This document shows positions 39,707 through 49,747 of a stretch of DNA of 64,000 bases, in pieces; positions within the stretch are counted from its first letter, which is position 1; every line of letters begins with the position of its first letter. Below the pieces are notes generated by a model. The model did not search any database. It had not been told where the DNA came from and saw nothing but the letters and a program-made list of their open reading frames with translations. Origin of the DNA: Halobacteriovoraceae bacterium (GTDB lineage: Bacteria > Bdellovibrionota > Bacteriovoracia > Bacteriovoracales > Bacteriovoracaceae); assembly GCA_963719505.1 (NCBI GenBank), contig CAVRCF010000003.1:1-64000 (forward strand). Reading direction: 5' to 3'. Position numbers and translations under genes: made by a program.

Positions 39707-40674
39707 TAGAAACTCACACTATCTGGGTCAACACCAATAGAGTCGTCAGGCGTGTAGTTTTCTGTATTGTATTCCTGTTCTGTTGAATCTGCTTTCATAA
39801 GTGGTTTTTTGTTAAGCATGATTACCTGATCGAGATGATTGCGAAGAGTTGAGAGGCCTTTGATCACCTTTTCCATATCTTCGTGATTAGATGTCATCTC
39901 TTCAAGAATGACTTTAGCTGCGAGCTTATTAAGTCTTTTCGTTAGGGTATCAATACTTTTATATTCTTTTGGAAAACTTGGTGCAAATAAGACATCGTCA
40001 ACTGCTTGGTCAACGCCCTTTGATTTAATTGCCTTAACTAAATCTTTCACTTCACGAGTTGATTTGTCTTTTACCATATCAACAATCTTGTCTTGATCTT
40101 CTTTACCAAGTTTAATTATTTCGTTCGTTTGTGAAGCGTTTAATTCTCCGTGCTTTCTATACTCTTTAACTTTATCAGAAGAATTAGCATCTCTATCAAT
40201 AGCACTTTTTATTACTTTTTTAGAAAGACCCGTTTTCTCAGAAGTTAGGTCGATGAAAGATCGTTCTTCATTAGGGAGATCAACATGAGTGTTTACGCCT
40301 TCTTGAGTTGTCATATCTTCATCTTTAACTTTCTTAGCATTTGGATAAAGTTCTTCGTAGATTTCTCGTCCACGATTAAGGCATTTTTCGAATTCAACTT
40401 TGGTAAGGTCTTTTCTAACAAGGTTTTCATCAATTGAGATAAGCTCTTGTTCAGCTTCTGTTTTATCAACACGGTAAACGGGAACTTCCGACACACCTAG
40501 CTCTTTTAGAGCACTATATCTTCTGCCGCCAGCGATGAGTTCATTGTTATTATTGATAACGAGAGGACTGATAAGTCCCACTGTCTCTATACTCTTTTTT
40601 AGTTTTTCGATATTTGTTTCAACTCTTAAATATGAACTTTTAGTTTTGATGTCAGTGATTGAAATCATTTCCAC
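39706..40674 (-). CDS. ParB/Srx N-terminal domain protein with HTH
   Basis: LKKSIETVGLISP, LIAGGRRY (GxxR), ENLVRKDL and an HTH-like SEKTGLSKKVI. Confidence 0.85.
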   Translation of the reverse strand: MEMISITDIKTKSSYLRVETNIEKLKKSIETVGLISPLVINNNNELIAGGRRYSALKELGVSEVPVYRVDKTEAEQELISIDENLVRKDLTKVEFEKCLNRGREIYEELYPNAKKVKDEDMTTQEGVNTHVDLPNEERSFIDLTSEKTGLSKKVIKSAIDRDANSSDKVKEYRKHGELNASQTNEIIKLGKEDQDKIVDMVKDKSTREVKDLVKAIKSKGVDQAVDDVLFAPSFPKEYKSIDTLTKRLNKLAAKVILEEMTSNHEDMEKVIKGLSTLRNHLDQVIMLNKKPLMKADSTEQEYNTENYTPDDSIGVDPDSVSF

Positions 40675-40822
40675 GAGTACCTCTCTAGTTGGTGTCTATA
40701 AAAGTTAAATGCAATTGTGTGTGTGCGCTGGAGTTTGCTTCAAGGGAATAATAAAGTCTAGGATTTTCTAAAAAGAGGGTAATAATTCAGGGTTTTGGGC
40801 GGTGAGTTTAAAGTGGTTTTGT

Positions 40823-41059
40823 TTACTCTTCGCCGTCATCACCAATGGCACCAACCGGGCAGCACGCAAGAGCATTTTCACATTCTTCTTTGGCTTCTTC
40901 AGTTTCTGGCTGATTTGTAACAAAAGCATGACCGTCATCATCGTTCATGGCAAAAAAGCCAGGGGCTTCAACAACACAGGCATCACAAGCAATACATTGA
41001 TCATCAACGTAGTATCTGCCTTCTTTATTCATTGACCACTTTGCTTCTTTATCTGCCAT
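40823..41059 (-). CDS. Ferredoxin (single Fe-S cluster)
   Basis: CIACDAC...CPVGAI motif. Confidence 0.92.
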   Translation of the reverse strand: MADKEAKWSMNKEGRYYVDDQCIACDACVVEAPGFFAMNDDDGHAFVTNQPETEEAKEECENALACCPVGAIGDDGEE

Positions 41060-41089
41060 CACTTATCCACGTGCTCTTGATTAAAGAGC

Positions 41090-41117
41090 AAAAAAAAGCC
41101 CACCTAAAAGATGGGCT
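41090..41117 (-). terminator. Rho-independent terminator after ppiD
   Basis: Minus strand AGCCCA-N9-TGGGCT followed by a T run. Confidence 0.75.
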
Positions 41118-41139
41118 CTAAAGGTATTTATAGTCTTTC

Positions 41140-42633
41140 TTACAATAGATTTGGATATGTGACAACCTTTGCGTTGTCCTGAAGAAACTTTGAGATATCA
41201 GTTTGTAGTTGATTAGTCAGTCCGGTTGATGCAACTTCTTGCTCAGTCTTTAGGGCTTGTTCAACTTCAGCTTTTACTTCATCGTCAGTCATTCTTTTTG
41301 TCACTTTCGCCATCGATATATTGAGAGCGCTCTCTTCCATGATAAAGTCTTTTTTCGCTGTGAAAATCTCTTTTACTTTGTCAGTCGGTATAGTCACCTC
41401 TTCAACTCTTAGGTCAAATTGATTCACTTTTGCCTGCGGTTTGTGAGTAAAACCATATTTCTTTGCAAGAGCTGTTACTTCACCGTAGTTTTCATCTTGG
41501 TAAGCTTTCTCTAGCTTTCCTTTAATGGACTCAACGAGATCGTTAAGAGCTTTTCTATTACTTTTTTGAAGGTGATTTCTCGCCACTTTATTTTGAACTT
41601 CAGAGAGTTCTTTCTCAACAGCAGCCTCTTTATCGGTAACATAGATAATGTGATACCCATAGCTAGTTTTAATAGGTTCAGATATTTGACCCTTTCTCAT
41701 TGAGAAAGCAGCATTTTCAAATTCTGGAACCATTCTACCTTTTGTGAACCAACCAAGCTGCCCACCTTTGGCACCTTGACCTGATGGATCTTCAGTCTCT
41801 TTACCTGCAATCGTTTTAAAGTTCGATCTGGTAAGTCTTTTCTTTGTCGCTTTTGCTTTCTTTAAAACATCAGCCTCACTATTATTAGCATCAATTTTGT
41901 AAAGGATGTGACGGGCTTCAACTCGAGCCGGTTTATTGAATTCTGACTTCATAGAATTGAATAGACCCTCTAGGATCTTTTCATTTTTCTTTTCTTCAAC
42001 AAAGGCTCTAACTTCTTTATCTGAAACCGTAACATACTTTGTTAAGTCTTCTTTTTTTACTTCAACAGCATTAGCAGTTACCGCATTTTTCTTAAATCTT
42101 TGGATATCTCTAATATAACCTTTTGAAGGAGACAAAGAGGAGATAATTGTCGAGATTTTTCTGGTTGCAATATCATTGGCAATAAGTTCTTCGTATTTGG
42201 CAGGAGCAAAGTTATTTTGAGCCAAAAGTGCTCTATACTTATTCACGTCAAATTTCTTATCAGTTAAAAAGTATGGAGTTTTTTTAATCTCTTCTTTAAT
42301 CTCTGTCTCTCCAGCATCAAGATTCATATCTTTCGCAAGATTTAAGATAAGCTTTTGCTGCACAAGCCTATTTATAACGCCTTCTTTTATTCTAAATTGA
42401 CGTATTTGCTGATTCGTTAGAGCCTTGCCTCCAAACATTTGAGAAAAGCGGGCAAGTTCTTGATTATAAGCGTTTTGATACTCGCTAAAAGTTATTGGCT
42501 CACCGTCGACAGTTCCTACAGCACCTTGGCTGGAATTAAAGCCATCAAAGCCTGTGAGAGCAAAGCTGACCATGATTGCACCGAGGAAAAAAGTAATGAT
42601 CACGTATGATGTTTTACTTTGAAATTTATTCAT
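41140..42633 (-). CDS. ppiD: PpiD/SurA-family peptidylprolyl isomerase
   Basis: N-terminal TM, SurA-N-like domain and a parvulin domain (ARHIL, GGQLGWF, MVPEFENAAF, YGYHII). Confidence 0.8.
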   Translation of the reverse strand: MNKFQSKTSYVIITFFLGAIMVSFALTGFDGFNSSQGAVGTVDGEPITFSEYQNAYNQELARFSQMFGGKALTNQQIRQFRIKEGVINRLVQQKLILNLAKDMNLDAGETEIKEEIKKTPYFLTDKKFDVNKYRALLAQNNFAPAKYEELIANDIATRKISTIISSLSPSKGYIRDIQRFKKNAVTANAVEVKKEDLTKYVTVSDKEVRAFVEEKKNEKILEGLFNSMKSEFNKPARVEARHILYKIDANNSEADVLKKAKATKKRLTRSNFKTIAGKETEDPSGQGAKGGQLGWFTKGRMVPEFENAAFSMRKGQISEPIKTSYGYHIIYVTDKEAAVEKELSEVQNKVARNHLQKSNRKALNDLVESIKGKLEKAYQDENYGEVTALAKKYGFTHKPQAKVNQFDLRVEEVTIPTDKVKEIFTAKKDFIMEESALNISMAKVTKRMTDDEVKAEVEQALKTEQEVASTGLTNQLQTDISKFLQDNAKVVTYPNLL

Positions 42634-42787
42634 TAAGAATCCCTTTTTATCTTTTAAATTTAAGTTAAAATTCTATTATCTTTTTGAGTAAAGTCAATCA
42701 ATAACCCCCGTTTAGAGATTGGCATAAGCCTTTCGTTTGGGTAGTGTTGAATGAATATTTAATGTCTTTTTACTGCGCGGTGTTGCT

Positions 42788-43669
42788 TTGAGAAATTTTA
42801 CAGTTGATTCTTCCCGCTGGAAGCTTGCCAATAATATAATTGTCTTGGTGATAGCCTTGTGGGGAGTGTCAAAACATCAATATACCATCAATAGTGTTTC
42901 AACTTTTGAATCATTTTTGATCGAGGCTTTTGCTCCAATCCAAAGGGGAACTCTTTCTGTTAAAGAGAGAATCTCCTATATGTTCGACCACTATATTATG
43001 ATTGTGAACACCTCAAAAAATAATGAGGAGCTCAAGGACCAAGTGGCCACACTAGAGAATGAAATTTTTGGTCTTAGCGAAGTTGAAAAAGAAAATGAAA
43101 GATTAAAACAGCTGTTAGAGTTTGGGAAAAATATCCCAAGAAAAAAAGTTCTCGCTCAAATCGTCTCACTTGACTCTTCCAATGAGTTTAAAGTTTTGAG
43201 GATTAATAAAGGTGAAAGCGATGAACTCAAGCTCTATAGTCCGGTCATCACCATGACTGGGCTGGTGGGGTATGTGTACCGATTGACTCCCAATTATGCC
43301 GATGTTCTCACAATCTTAGATCAAAATAATAGAGTGGATGCCATCGTTGCAAGAACTCGCTCTCACGGAATCGTCGAGGGAACTGCGGGGTTTAAAACAA
43401 GGCTTAAGCACGTCAATAGAACTGAGGCGATAAAAATTGGTGATGAAATTGTCACGGCCGGTTTGGGGGCCATTTATCCCAAAGGCATAAAAATTGGAAA
43501 AATTTCTCAAATCGATAAAGAGAATTTTGGTATCACCCAAGACGTAGAGGTTGAGCCATCTGTTGATTTTAATAAGTTGGAGGAAGTTGTTGTGCTTCTT
43601 GAAGATCCGACTCTTCCAGCGATGAGTGAAGAAATTGAAATCGAACAAAAAGTGGAGGAGAACAAATGA
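42788..43669 (+). CDS. mreC: Rod shape-determining protein MreC
   Basis: ENERLKQLL coiled coil, GLVG and TAGLGAIYPKGIKIG motifs. Confidence 0.93.
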   Translation: MRNFTVDSSRWKLANNIIVLVIALWGVSKHQYTINSVSTFESFLIEAFAPIQRGTLSVKERISYMFDHYIMIVNTSKNNEELKDQVATLENEIFGLSEVEKENERLKQLLEFGKNIPRKKVLAQIVSLDSSNEFKVLRINKGESDELKLYSPVITMTGLVGYVYRLTPNYADVLTILDQNNRVDAIVARTRSHGIVEGTAGFKTRLKHVNRTEAIKIGDEIVTAGLGAIYPKGIKIGKISQIDKENFGITQDVEVEPSVDFNKLEEVVVLLEDPTLPAMSEEIEIEQKVEENK

Positions 43670-44199
43670 GATACTCTGCCTTAGAAATTTTTTATGGAAC
43701 GATTAAGACTTGTCTGCTTTTAATCTTTTTAGAAATTTTTACTACAGCTTTTTTACCTAGTATGGGCATTGAAAACTTTAAGCCTGCTTTTAGTGTTCTC
43801 ATTGTTCTGTTTTTGGCTTTTCGATTTGATAACCCTTTTCTTCCCTATTTAATTTTTATCACTCAATACCTCCATTCTATCTTCTCTATTGAGGGGTGGG
43901 CCATTGGAACTCTGGCGGGAATACTCGTTTCATTGTCGTTAAGATTTTTAAAAGATCTCCTCGATTTCTCTACGGCCATATCGACAATTATCGTTGTTCA
44001 GATTTTTCAATTAGCTTGGTTTGTCTTGATCTCACTGATGTTGTCGATAAAGCTTGGAACATTTGATTCTTTTATAAGTATCTTTTGGCAGTTTGTTCCA
44101 GAGAGTTTTGTTCTATCGATTTGTTCTCCCTTTTTCTTCTCAATTCTTGAGAGGTTTTGGAAAGTTAACCGCTCTCACAGTCACGGAGTTTCAATTTAA
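43666..44199 (+). CDS. mreD: Rod shape-determining protein MreD
   Basis: Hydrophobic 177-aa protein coupled between mreC and mrdA. Confidence 0.75.
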   Translation: MRYSALEIFYGTIKTCLLLIFLEIFTTAFLPSMGIENFKPAFSVLIVLFLAFRFDNPFLPYLIFITQYLHSIFSIEGWAIGTLAGILVSLSLRFLKDLLDFSTAISTIIVVQIFQLAWFVLISLMLSIKLGTFDSFISIFWQFVPESFVLSICSPFFFSILERFWKVNRSHSHGVSI

Positions 44200-46196
44200 T
44201 GTTTGGTGAAGAAGATCTGATCAAGGTTCATAAGGCCCGTGGGGTTCAGGTTGCAAATATTATATTATTTTGCTTTAGCTTAATTTTTATCAGGCTTTGG
44301 TATCTGCAAATCTTTAAAGGGGAGCTCTATCATAAGTTCTCCCTTCAAAATAGACTTCGAAAAGAAATCGTTCGCGCGCCCAGAGGGATGATCTTTGATC
44401 GTAACGGCGAATTGCTGGTCGATAATATTCCGCGCTTTGATGCCATCCTTACAAGGCAGTTTCTTTCTAATAAAAAAGAAACTCTCGACAGACTGTCTGA
44501 TATTTTATCGATGGATGTAAAGGATATTAAAAAGATCATAAAAAAGATGTCTTTTCAGGCGAAGTATCGACCTATTATTATTAAGAAAAATATCAGTCTA
44601 AAAGAAGTCGCGAGAATTGAGACTGAGAATGCTTTCTTGCCAGGTGTCTCGGTAGATACTTTTATCTCTCGTGAGTATGTTGATAAAAATGTTGGAGCAC
44701 ACCTTCTCGGATATATCTCAGAGATTTCCCAAACTCAACTTCCCAAATACAAAAAAAGAGATAATATCGACTACAAGCTGGGAGATTTTATCGGCCAGTT
44801 TGGTATTGAAGAACAGATGGATAAATCGATTCGTGGAACCAATGGTTTTGAATATGTGGAAGTTGATGCTCTTGGAAGAAAGAAAAAGTTTATTAATACG
44901 GATGACCTTTTTCAAGGCGAAGAAAATGTTAAGCCAACTCCAGGGGATAACTTAAGACTGACAATTGATCGCGATATGCAGATCAACGGTTTTAAAGCTC
45001 TTAAAGGAAAGACGGGAAGTGTTGTGGCCATTGATGTTGAAACGGGACAGGTCTTAACAATGGTTTCTACCCCCGCTTTTGATCCTTCACAGTTCAGTCG
45101 AGGGTTAACCACTGAGTATTGGAAATCTCTTATTAATAATGAAGAAAATCCTCTTCGGGACAGAAACATTCAAGAACATTTCTCTCCAGGATCAACCTTT
45201 AAACCTTTTACCGCAATCGCTGCTCTTGAAGAGGGCATTATAGATGAGAACACAAAAATCCGTTGTCATGGCTCTTTTAGACTTGGACGAAGAGTTTATC
45301 ACTCTTGGAAAAAATACGGGACAGAGAAAGTAAATGTTAAAGATGCCTTGATGCAGTCTTGTAATATTTTCTTTTATAAAGTTGCAACAGAGTTAGATAT
45401 TGATGATCTTTCCCGCTACGCCAATATGTTCGGTTTTGGAAGTCGAACGGGAATAAGACTTCCTAGAGAAGTTTCAGGTCTTATGCCAACGAAAGAGTGG
45501 AAACTCAAAAGAAATGGAGAACCTTGGCAGCAAGGGGAGACTCTTTCTTGCTCGATTGGTCAGTCCTATGTTTTAGTTTCAAGCCTACAACTTGCTAACG
45601 CCTTTGCGGCTATCGCAACCAAAGGGAAACTTTTTAAACCCTACGTTGTTAAAGATGTTGTGGATAATAATGGCAACGTTTTAAAAACAAATGAGCCAGA
45701 GTTGATAAGAAATATTGAATTAAAAGAGAGTACTTGGAATAGCGTTCGGGAAGGTCTTTATCGAGTCATGAATGAACCCAAGGGTACTGGATGGTGGAGA
45801 AGAGGCGCTGGAAATCAGATGGCCGGAAAAAGTGGAACCTCTCAGGTTATACGGGCTCAAAGTGCTGATCAGCTTTACTCAAAATGTAAGGATATGGATT
45901 ACAAGTTTAGACACCACGGAGTCTTTGTTGCTTTTGCACCTTTTGATGATCCCAAAATTGCCGTGGCTGCTCTGGTAGAACACGGTTGTGGTGGCTCTAG
46001 TGCCGCTGCTCCAGTAGTGGAGAAAGTCGTGAGCACCTATATGGAAAAATATTTTCCAGAGAAAAAAGAAAAATTCGCTGTCATGGAAAAAAAGCAGTTT
46101 TTAAGTTTTATTAGAAAACGAAATGCAGCGAAAGCAAAAGCTGAGCAAGAAGCAGTCGAAGAGAGCGAGGTGGAAGTTGAATCAAACGATAATTAA
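44199..46196 (+). CDS. mrdA: Penicillin-binding protein 2
   Basis: APRGMIFDRNG, PGSTFK (SxxK), SCN and KSGT motifs. Confidence 0.95.
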   Translation: MFGEEDLIKVHKARGVQVANIILFCFSLIFIRLWYLQIFKGELYHKFSLQNRLRKEIVRAPRGMIFDRNGELLVDNIPRFDAILTRQFLSNKKETLDRLSDILSMDVKDIKKIIKKMSFQAKYRPIIIKKNISLKEVARIETENAFLPGVSVDTFISREYVDKNVGAHLLGYISEISQTQLPKYKKRDNIDYKLGDFIGQFGIEEQMDKSIRGTNGFEYVEVDALGRKKKFINTDDLFQGEENVKPTPGDNLRLTIDRDMQINGFKALKGKTGSVVAIDVETGQVLTMVSTPAFDPSQFSRGLTTEYWKSLINNEENPLRDRNIQEHFSPGSTFKPFTAIAALEEGIIDENTKIRCHGSFRLGRRVYHSWKKYGTEKVNVKDALMQSCNIFFYKVATELDIDDLSRYANMFGFGSRTGIRLPREVSGLMPTKEWKLKRNGEPWQQGETLSCSIGQSYVLVSSLQLANAFAAIATKGKLFKPYVVKDVVDNNGNVLKTNEPELIRNIELKESTWNSVREGLYRVMNEPKGTGWWRRGAGNQMAGKSGTSQVIRAQSADQLYSKCKDMDYKFRHHGVFVAFAPFDDPKIAVAALVEHGCGGSSAAAPVVEKVVSTYMEKYFPEKKEKFAVMEKKQFLSFIRKRNAAKAKAEQEAVEESEVEVESNDN

Positions 46197-47286
46197 CTAT
46201 CTTAAAAGGTACGACTACAGTTTTCTTGTAAGTATGTTGGTCATTTTTATTATTGGAATTTTAAATCTCTACTCGGCGACTCATGCTCACACTAGTGAAA
46301 CAATGCAAAACCTTTATAAGTCACAGCTTATGTGGTTTGTTCTGGCCAATATCACAGCTTTTGCTGTGTCTTTATTTCCGCCTAAATCTCTTTTTCGATT
46401 CTCTTATTGGATTTACGCGCTCAATGTTTTTCTTTTAATTCTCGTCCTCGTTATGGGGAAAAAGGGAATGGGGGCGCAAAGATGGCTTGTGATAGGTGGT
46501 TTTAGACTCCAGCCTTCAGAGCTGATGAAAATATCCGTGGCTTTGGCCTTGGCGCGCTTTTACGCGAAAAGTAATCCAGAAAGAGAGCTTTATTTAAAAG
46601 ATCTCATCATTCCTTTTTTAATGACTATTGTGCCAACTGTTCTGATTGTCCTGCAACCAGATCTTGGGACTGGACTTCTTTTACTTTTGATCTTTCTCGT
46701 TATCACCTTCTATAAAAGACTTCGCTGGAAATCTATTGGTATTCTCGCTGTGATGGGTATTGTCGGTGGACTACTCATGTATAACTTTGGTTTGAAAGAG
46801 TACCAAAGAAAAAGGATTCTCACCTTCATTGATCCCCAAGCTGATGCCAAGGGGTCAGGATATAATGCAATCCAGTCACAAATTGCTATTGGCTCCGGAA
46901 GAATTATGGGAAAGGGTTTTAAAAACTCTTCTCAAGCTTCATTAAATTATCTTCCTGAAAATCATACAGACTTTGTGTTCTCAATTTTTAATGAAGAGCA
47001 CGGATTTTTCGGATCCATCGTTTTGGTAGCTCTTTATATTATTCTGATCATGCGCTTTATTTGGCTGTCCAGTTCGGTGCTGAGGTTTTACGAGTCGGTG
47101 CTGGCCATTGGGATCATGTCCATTTTCTTTTGGCATACCTTTATAAACATGTCGATGGTAATGGGGCTGATGCCCATTGTGGGTCTGCCTCTGCCTTTCA
47201 TGAGCTACGGGGGATCCAGTCTCCTAACCTTTGGAATCTGTATAGGAATTGCGACCTCATTGAGTAATGCACGAAATCTCTTTTAA
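46177..47286 (+). CDS. rodA: Rod shape-determining protein RodA
   Basis: GAQRW, QPSELMK, QPDLGT, PENHTDF and PFMSYGGSS motifs; TTG 46177 has a GAGG RBS. Confidence 0.95.
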   Translation: MNQTIINYLKRYDYSFLVSMLVIFIIGILNLYSATHAHTSETMQNLYKSQLMWFVLANITAFAVSLFPPKSLFRFSYWIYALNVFLLILVLVMGKKGMGAQRWLVIGGFRLQPSELMKISVALALARFYAKSNPERELYLKDLIIPFLMTIVPTVLIVLQPDLGTGLLLLLIFLVITFYKRLRWKSIGILAVMGIVGGLLMYNFGLKEYQRKRILTFIDPQADAKGSGYNAIQSQIAIGSGRIMGKGFKNSSQASLNYLPENHTDFVFSIFNEEHGFFGSIVLVALYIILIMRFIWLSSSVLRFYESVLAIGIMSIFFWHTFINMSMVMGLMPIVGLPLPFMSYGGSSLLTFGICIGIATSLSNARNLF

Positions 47287-47373
47287 CTGTTAAATCCAAG
47301 ACTTAGGCTAAGCATTGATGTAGAAGTTACACGTTGCGTTGTGGCTGGTCTTACTTTAGTGTATTCCTAATGG

Positions 47374-49671
47374 ATGAAAGTTTTTATCCCTCTATTCGTG
47401 GCCGTTTTTGGTCTTAATGCACTAGCTGTCGACTCTAGTGGATTGCTGCTTTCTGCCTTTTGTCCAAATACAGGAACTCAGACCGCTCAGGCTTTAAACC
47501 AAAGTCAGCAACTGGGAAATATCGTTGAGATCCTCAAAACTGATCCCGAGTGTAGTGGCTTAGCCTCTGGAACTCAGAATCTTATTAATAACGTGGCTTC
47601 ACTTGAGAGTATTAGAACTTCAGCGGACGAGACTTCAAGGATAAGAGAAAAGCTAGAACTCTTTGAAGAAAATGCAGCGATTGAAAGATCAAATATTTTG
47701 GCCAATTTTGAGGCACAATTTCAAGCACAGTATATGGCCGATAATCCAAGTGCAACAACATCTGAAGTTGAGCAGCAAGTATCGTTAGCGGTTGGCGGCC
47801 ATGTTCCTTACTCTGATTATTTGAGCTCCCTTGAACTGACAGTCAACGAGTTGAGAATTGAACAATTTTCTAATAGGCTAGAAGTGGGTTTTGATGCCGA
47901 TGATAGAGCAGTTGAGCATCAACAAATTGCTCTCATTCAATCAAATATGAGCTCACTCCTATCGACTCTTTCAACCTCAACAAGTTGTACGAATGCGAAT
48001 GAATCAATCGCTCCAGCGGTTGTATCAAATGTCTTGGGCTTGGCCTCATCGGTTATTCCCGGTATCGTCGGCTCAGTGGTGGGCCTTGGGGCAAGTATCG
48101 TCAATGGTTCAGCTCAACTTATTAGAAACTTAAAGTATAACGGTCTCTCTCGTTCGGTAGAGAGAAACCAGATGAAGCAAGCCCTAAGCTGCACTTTCGA
48201 GGGGCTTACGAATACTTATTGTAAAGCTCAAGATAGTTTAAACCTCATTAAATACAACCAAGAAATGGAAAGAGATAACTGCTTCACTTCAGATTGTAAG
48301 CTTTTGAAAGTGGGGATAGATCTTCTTTCAAAAAAATCAAATTCTCTTAACTCCTGGATCAATCTTATTATTTCTGGTGCAACGCCAAGTAATGCTGATG
48401 CCGTTTTTACTTATGAGCGTGCCATTAATCTCCAAGCGAGATTTAATATCAACACGCAAGAACTTGAAGGTGTCCTCAATGGTGCAAGAAATGAGCTTTC
48501 CAGACCGGGTGCCAGAGAGACGACAATTTTGAGAAACTTAATGGAAACACTTGCAACTAGAGTGGCCTTTAGATCTTTCGAAGAAGGAAATTCATTTGGT
48601 ACTGGGAGAGCACTTCCGTATGCCGACTTCTTTCAAAGAAACGGAGATAAGGAATGTGGTGCCTTTGCTTACTTCTTTAATCCTGATCGAGATGACCGTC
48701 AGCTAGAAGAGAGAGATGCAACCAACGGAGAGTCTTGTATTGTCGCTGCAAATAATACTTATCCACTGCCACTGACTGTATCAATCGCTGAACTTCAAGA
48801 AAGGGTAAGGCTTCTTACTGAAGAAACATCAGCTACAGTGGCTTTTCAGGTTCAATTGGTCTCAGAGGAGAACACAAGTAGTATTCTTTCTCGTTACGAA
48901 TCAGTAGATAATCTCTTTAACTCTTCACCAAAAAGATTTCTTAAAGACCTTAGGAAATACTATGCAGACTTTGAAAGCTACCTAGATAAAAATGACATAG
49001 ATAGACCTCTATTGAGAAACTATATTGAAAGAGCTGTTAACCAGTCTGCTAAAGTTGAAACTATTATTCGCGCAAACAGTTGCACTGATTTTGACGATGT
49101 CGCTGATGATTGTGATGTTGAAACAACAAAGCTCACTTTACTTAGAAGAACTCTCGCTCCAAGTCAGCAGGTTCTATCAGTTCAAAATTCTTTAAGAGGA
49201 ATCTTTAGAGAGCACGTTGAGATCTCTAAACTCAATAATGATATCTCTGATGAAGATCTCCTTCTTCTTTTAGATACAAGTACTGAAGATAGTTCAAATA
49301 TACTCGCACGAAATAATTTGGACCAACAAGCTGTTCTTGAAGATGCTGATACGGCAAAAAGTATATCCAAAGGAAATTTGAAAAATTTCTGGGATATTTT
49401 TGAGCGCGGAATTTATGGAACCTTAAAAGAGCTAAGAAGAGATGGAGACTTAAACGTTTTAGGTCGACTATGCGTGAGAGCTGCCATTTCTCCTTTGTCA
49501 AAAAGACAGTATCGAAAACTCACCAAGTATTGTGGTGGGACAGTTTACAAAAGCGTTAATCCAAAGATTGCTGATATTAAGTTTGATGACGTGATTAACA
49601 AAGCCTTTGAGTCTAAAGCTTGTTCAGTCTTCAACTTTAAAAGAAGACAGTTATTTCTTAATAACAACTAG
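47374..49671 (+). CDS. Large secreted helical hypothetical protein
   Basis: Signal peptide, several Cys pairs, coiled coil and an internal Gly-rich hydrophobic segment. Confidence 0.8.
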   Translation: MKVFIPLFVAVFGLNALAVDSSGLLLSAFCPNTGTQTAQALNQSQQLGNIVEILKTDPECSGLASGTQNLINNVASLESIRTSADETSRIREKLELFEENAAIERSNILANFEAQFQAQYMADNPSATTSEVEQQVSLAVGGHVPYSDYLSSLELTVNELRIEQFSNRLEVGFDADDRAVEHQQIALIQSNMSSLLSTLSTSTSCTNANESIAPAVVSNVLGLASSVIPGIVGSVVGLGASIVNGSAQLIRNLKYNGLSRSVERNQMKQALSCTFEGLTNTYCKAQDSLNLIKYNQEMERDNCFTSDCKLLKVGIDLLSKKSNSLNSWINLIISGATPSNADAVFTYERAINLQARFNINTQELEGVLNGARNELSRPGARETTILRNLMETLATRVAFRSFEEGNSFGTGRALPYADFFQRNGDKECGAFAYFFNPDRDDRQLEERDATNGESCIVAANNTYPLPLTVSIAELQERVRLLTEETSATVAFQVQLVSEENTSSILSRYESVDNLFNSSPKRFLKDLRKYYADFESYLDKNDIDRPLLRNYIERAVNQSAKVETIIRANSCTDFDDVADDCDVETTKLTLLRRTLAPSQQVLSVQNSLRGIFREHVEISKLNNDISDEDLLLLLDTSTEDSSNILARNNLDQQAVLEDADTAKSISKGNLKNFWDIFERGIYGTLKELRRDGDLNVLGRLCVRAAISPLSKRQYRKLTKYCGGTVYKSVNPKIADIKFDDVINKAFESKACSVFNFKRRQLFLNNN

Positions 49672-49674
49672 AGG

Positions 49675-49690
49675 TGGCATTCTTTTTGCT
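49675..49690 (+). promoter_or_regulatory. Sigma-54 (-24/-12) promoter
   Basis: TGGCATTCTTTTTGCT has exact GG-N10-GC spacing, in intergenic DNA before 49748. Confidence 0.65.
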
Positions 49691-49747
49691 TCTTAAAGGG
49701 TAGTGAGACGAGATTCACTACCTACACAGACGGAAAAAGGAATAAAT

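Noticed and set aside
41063-41071. DnaA-box-like TTATCCACG (also TTATCCACT near 34508)
   Set aside because: Isolated one-mismatch copies with no cluster or origin context.
47061-47267. 68-aa alternate-frame ORF within rodA
   Set aside because: Explained by the local high GC3, which removes stop codons in that frame; no RBS.
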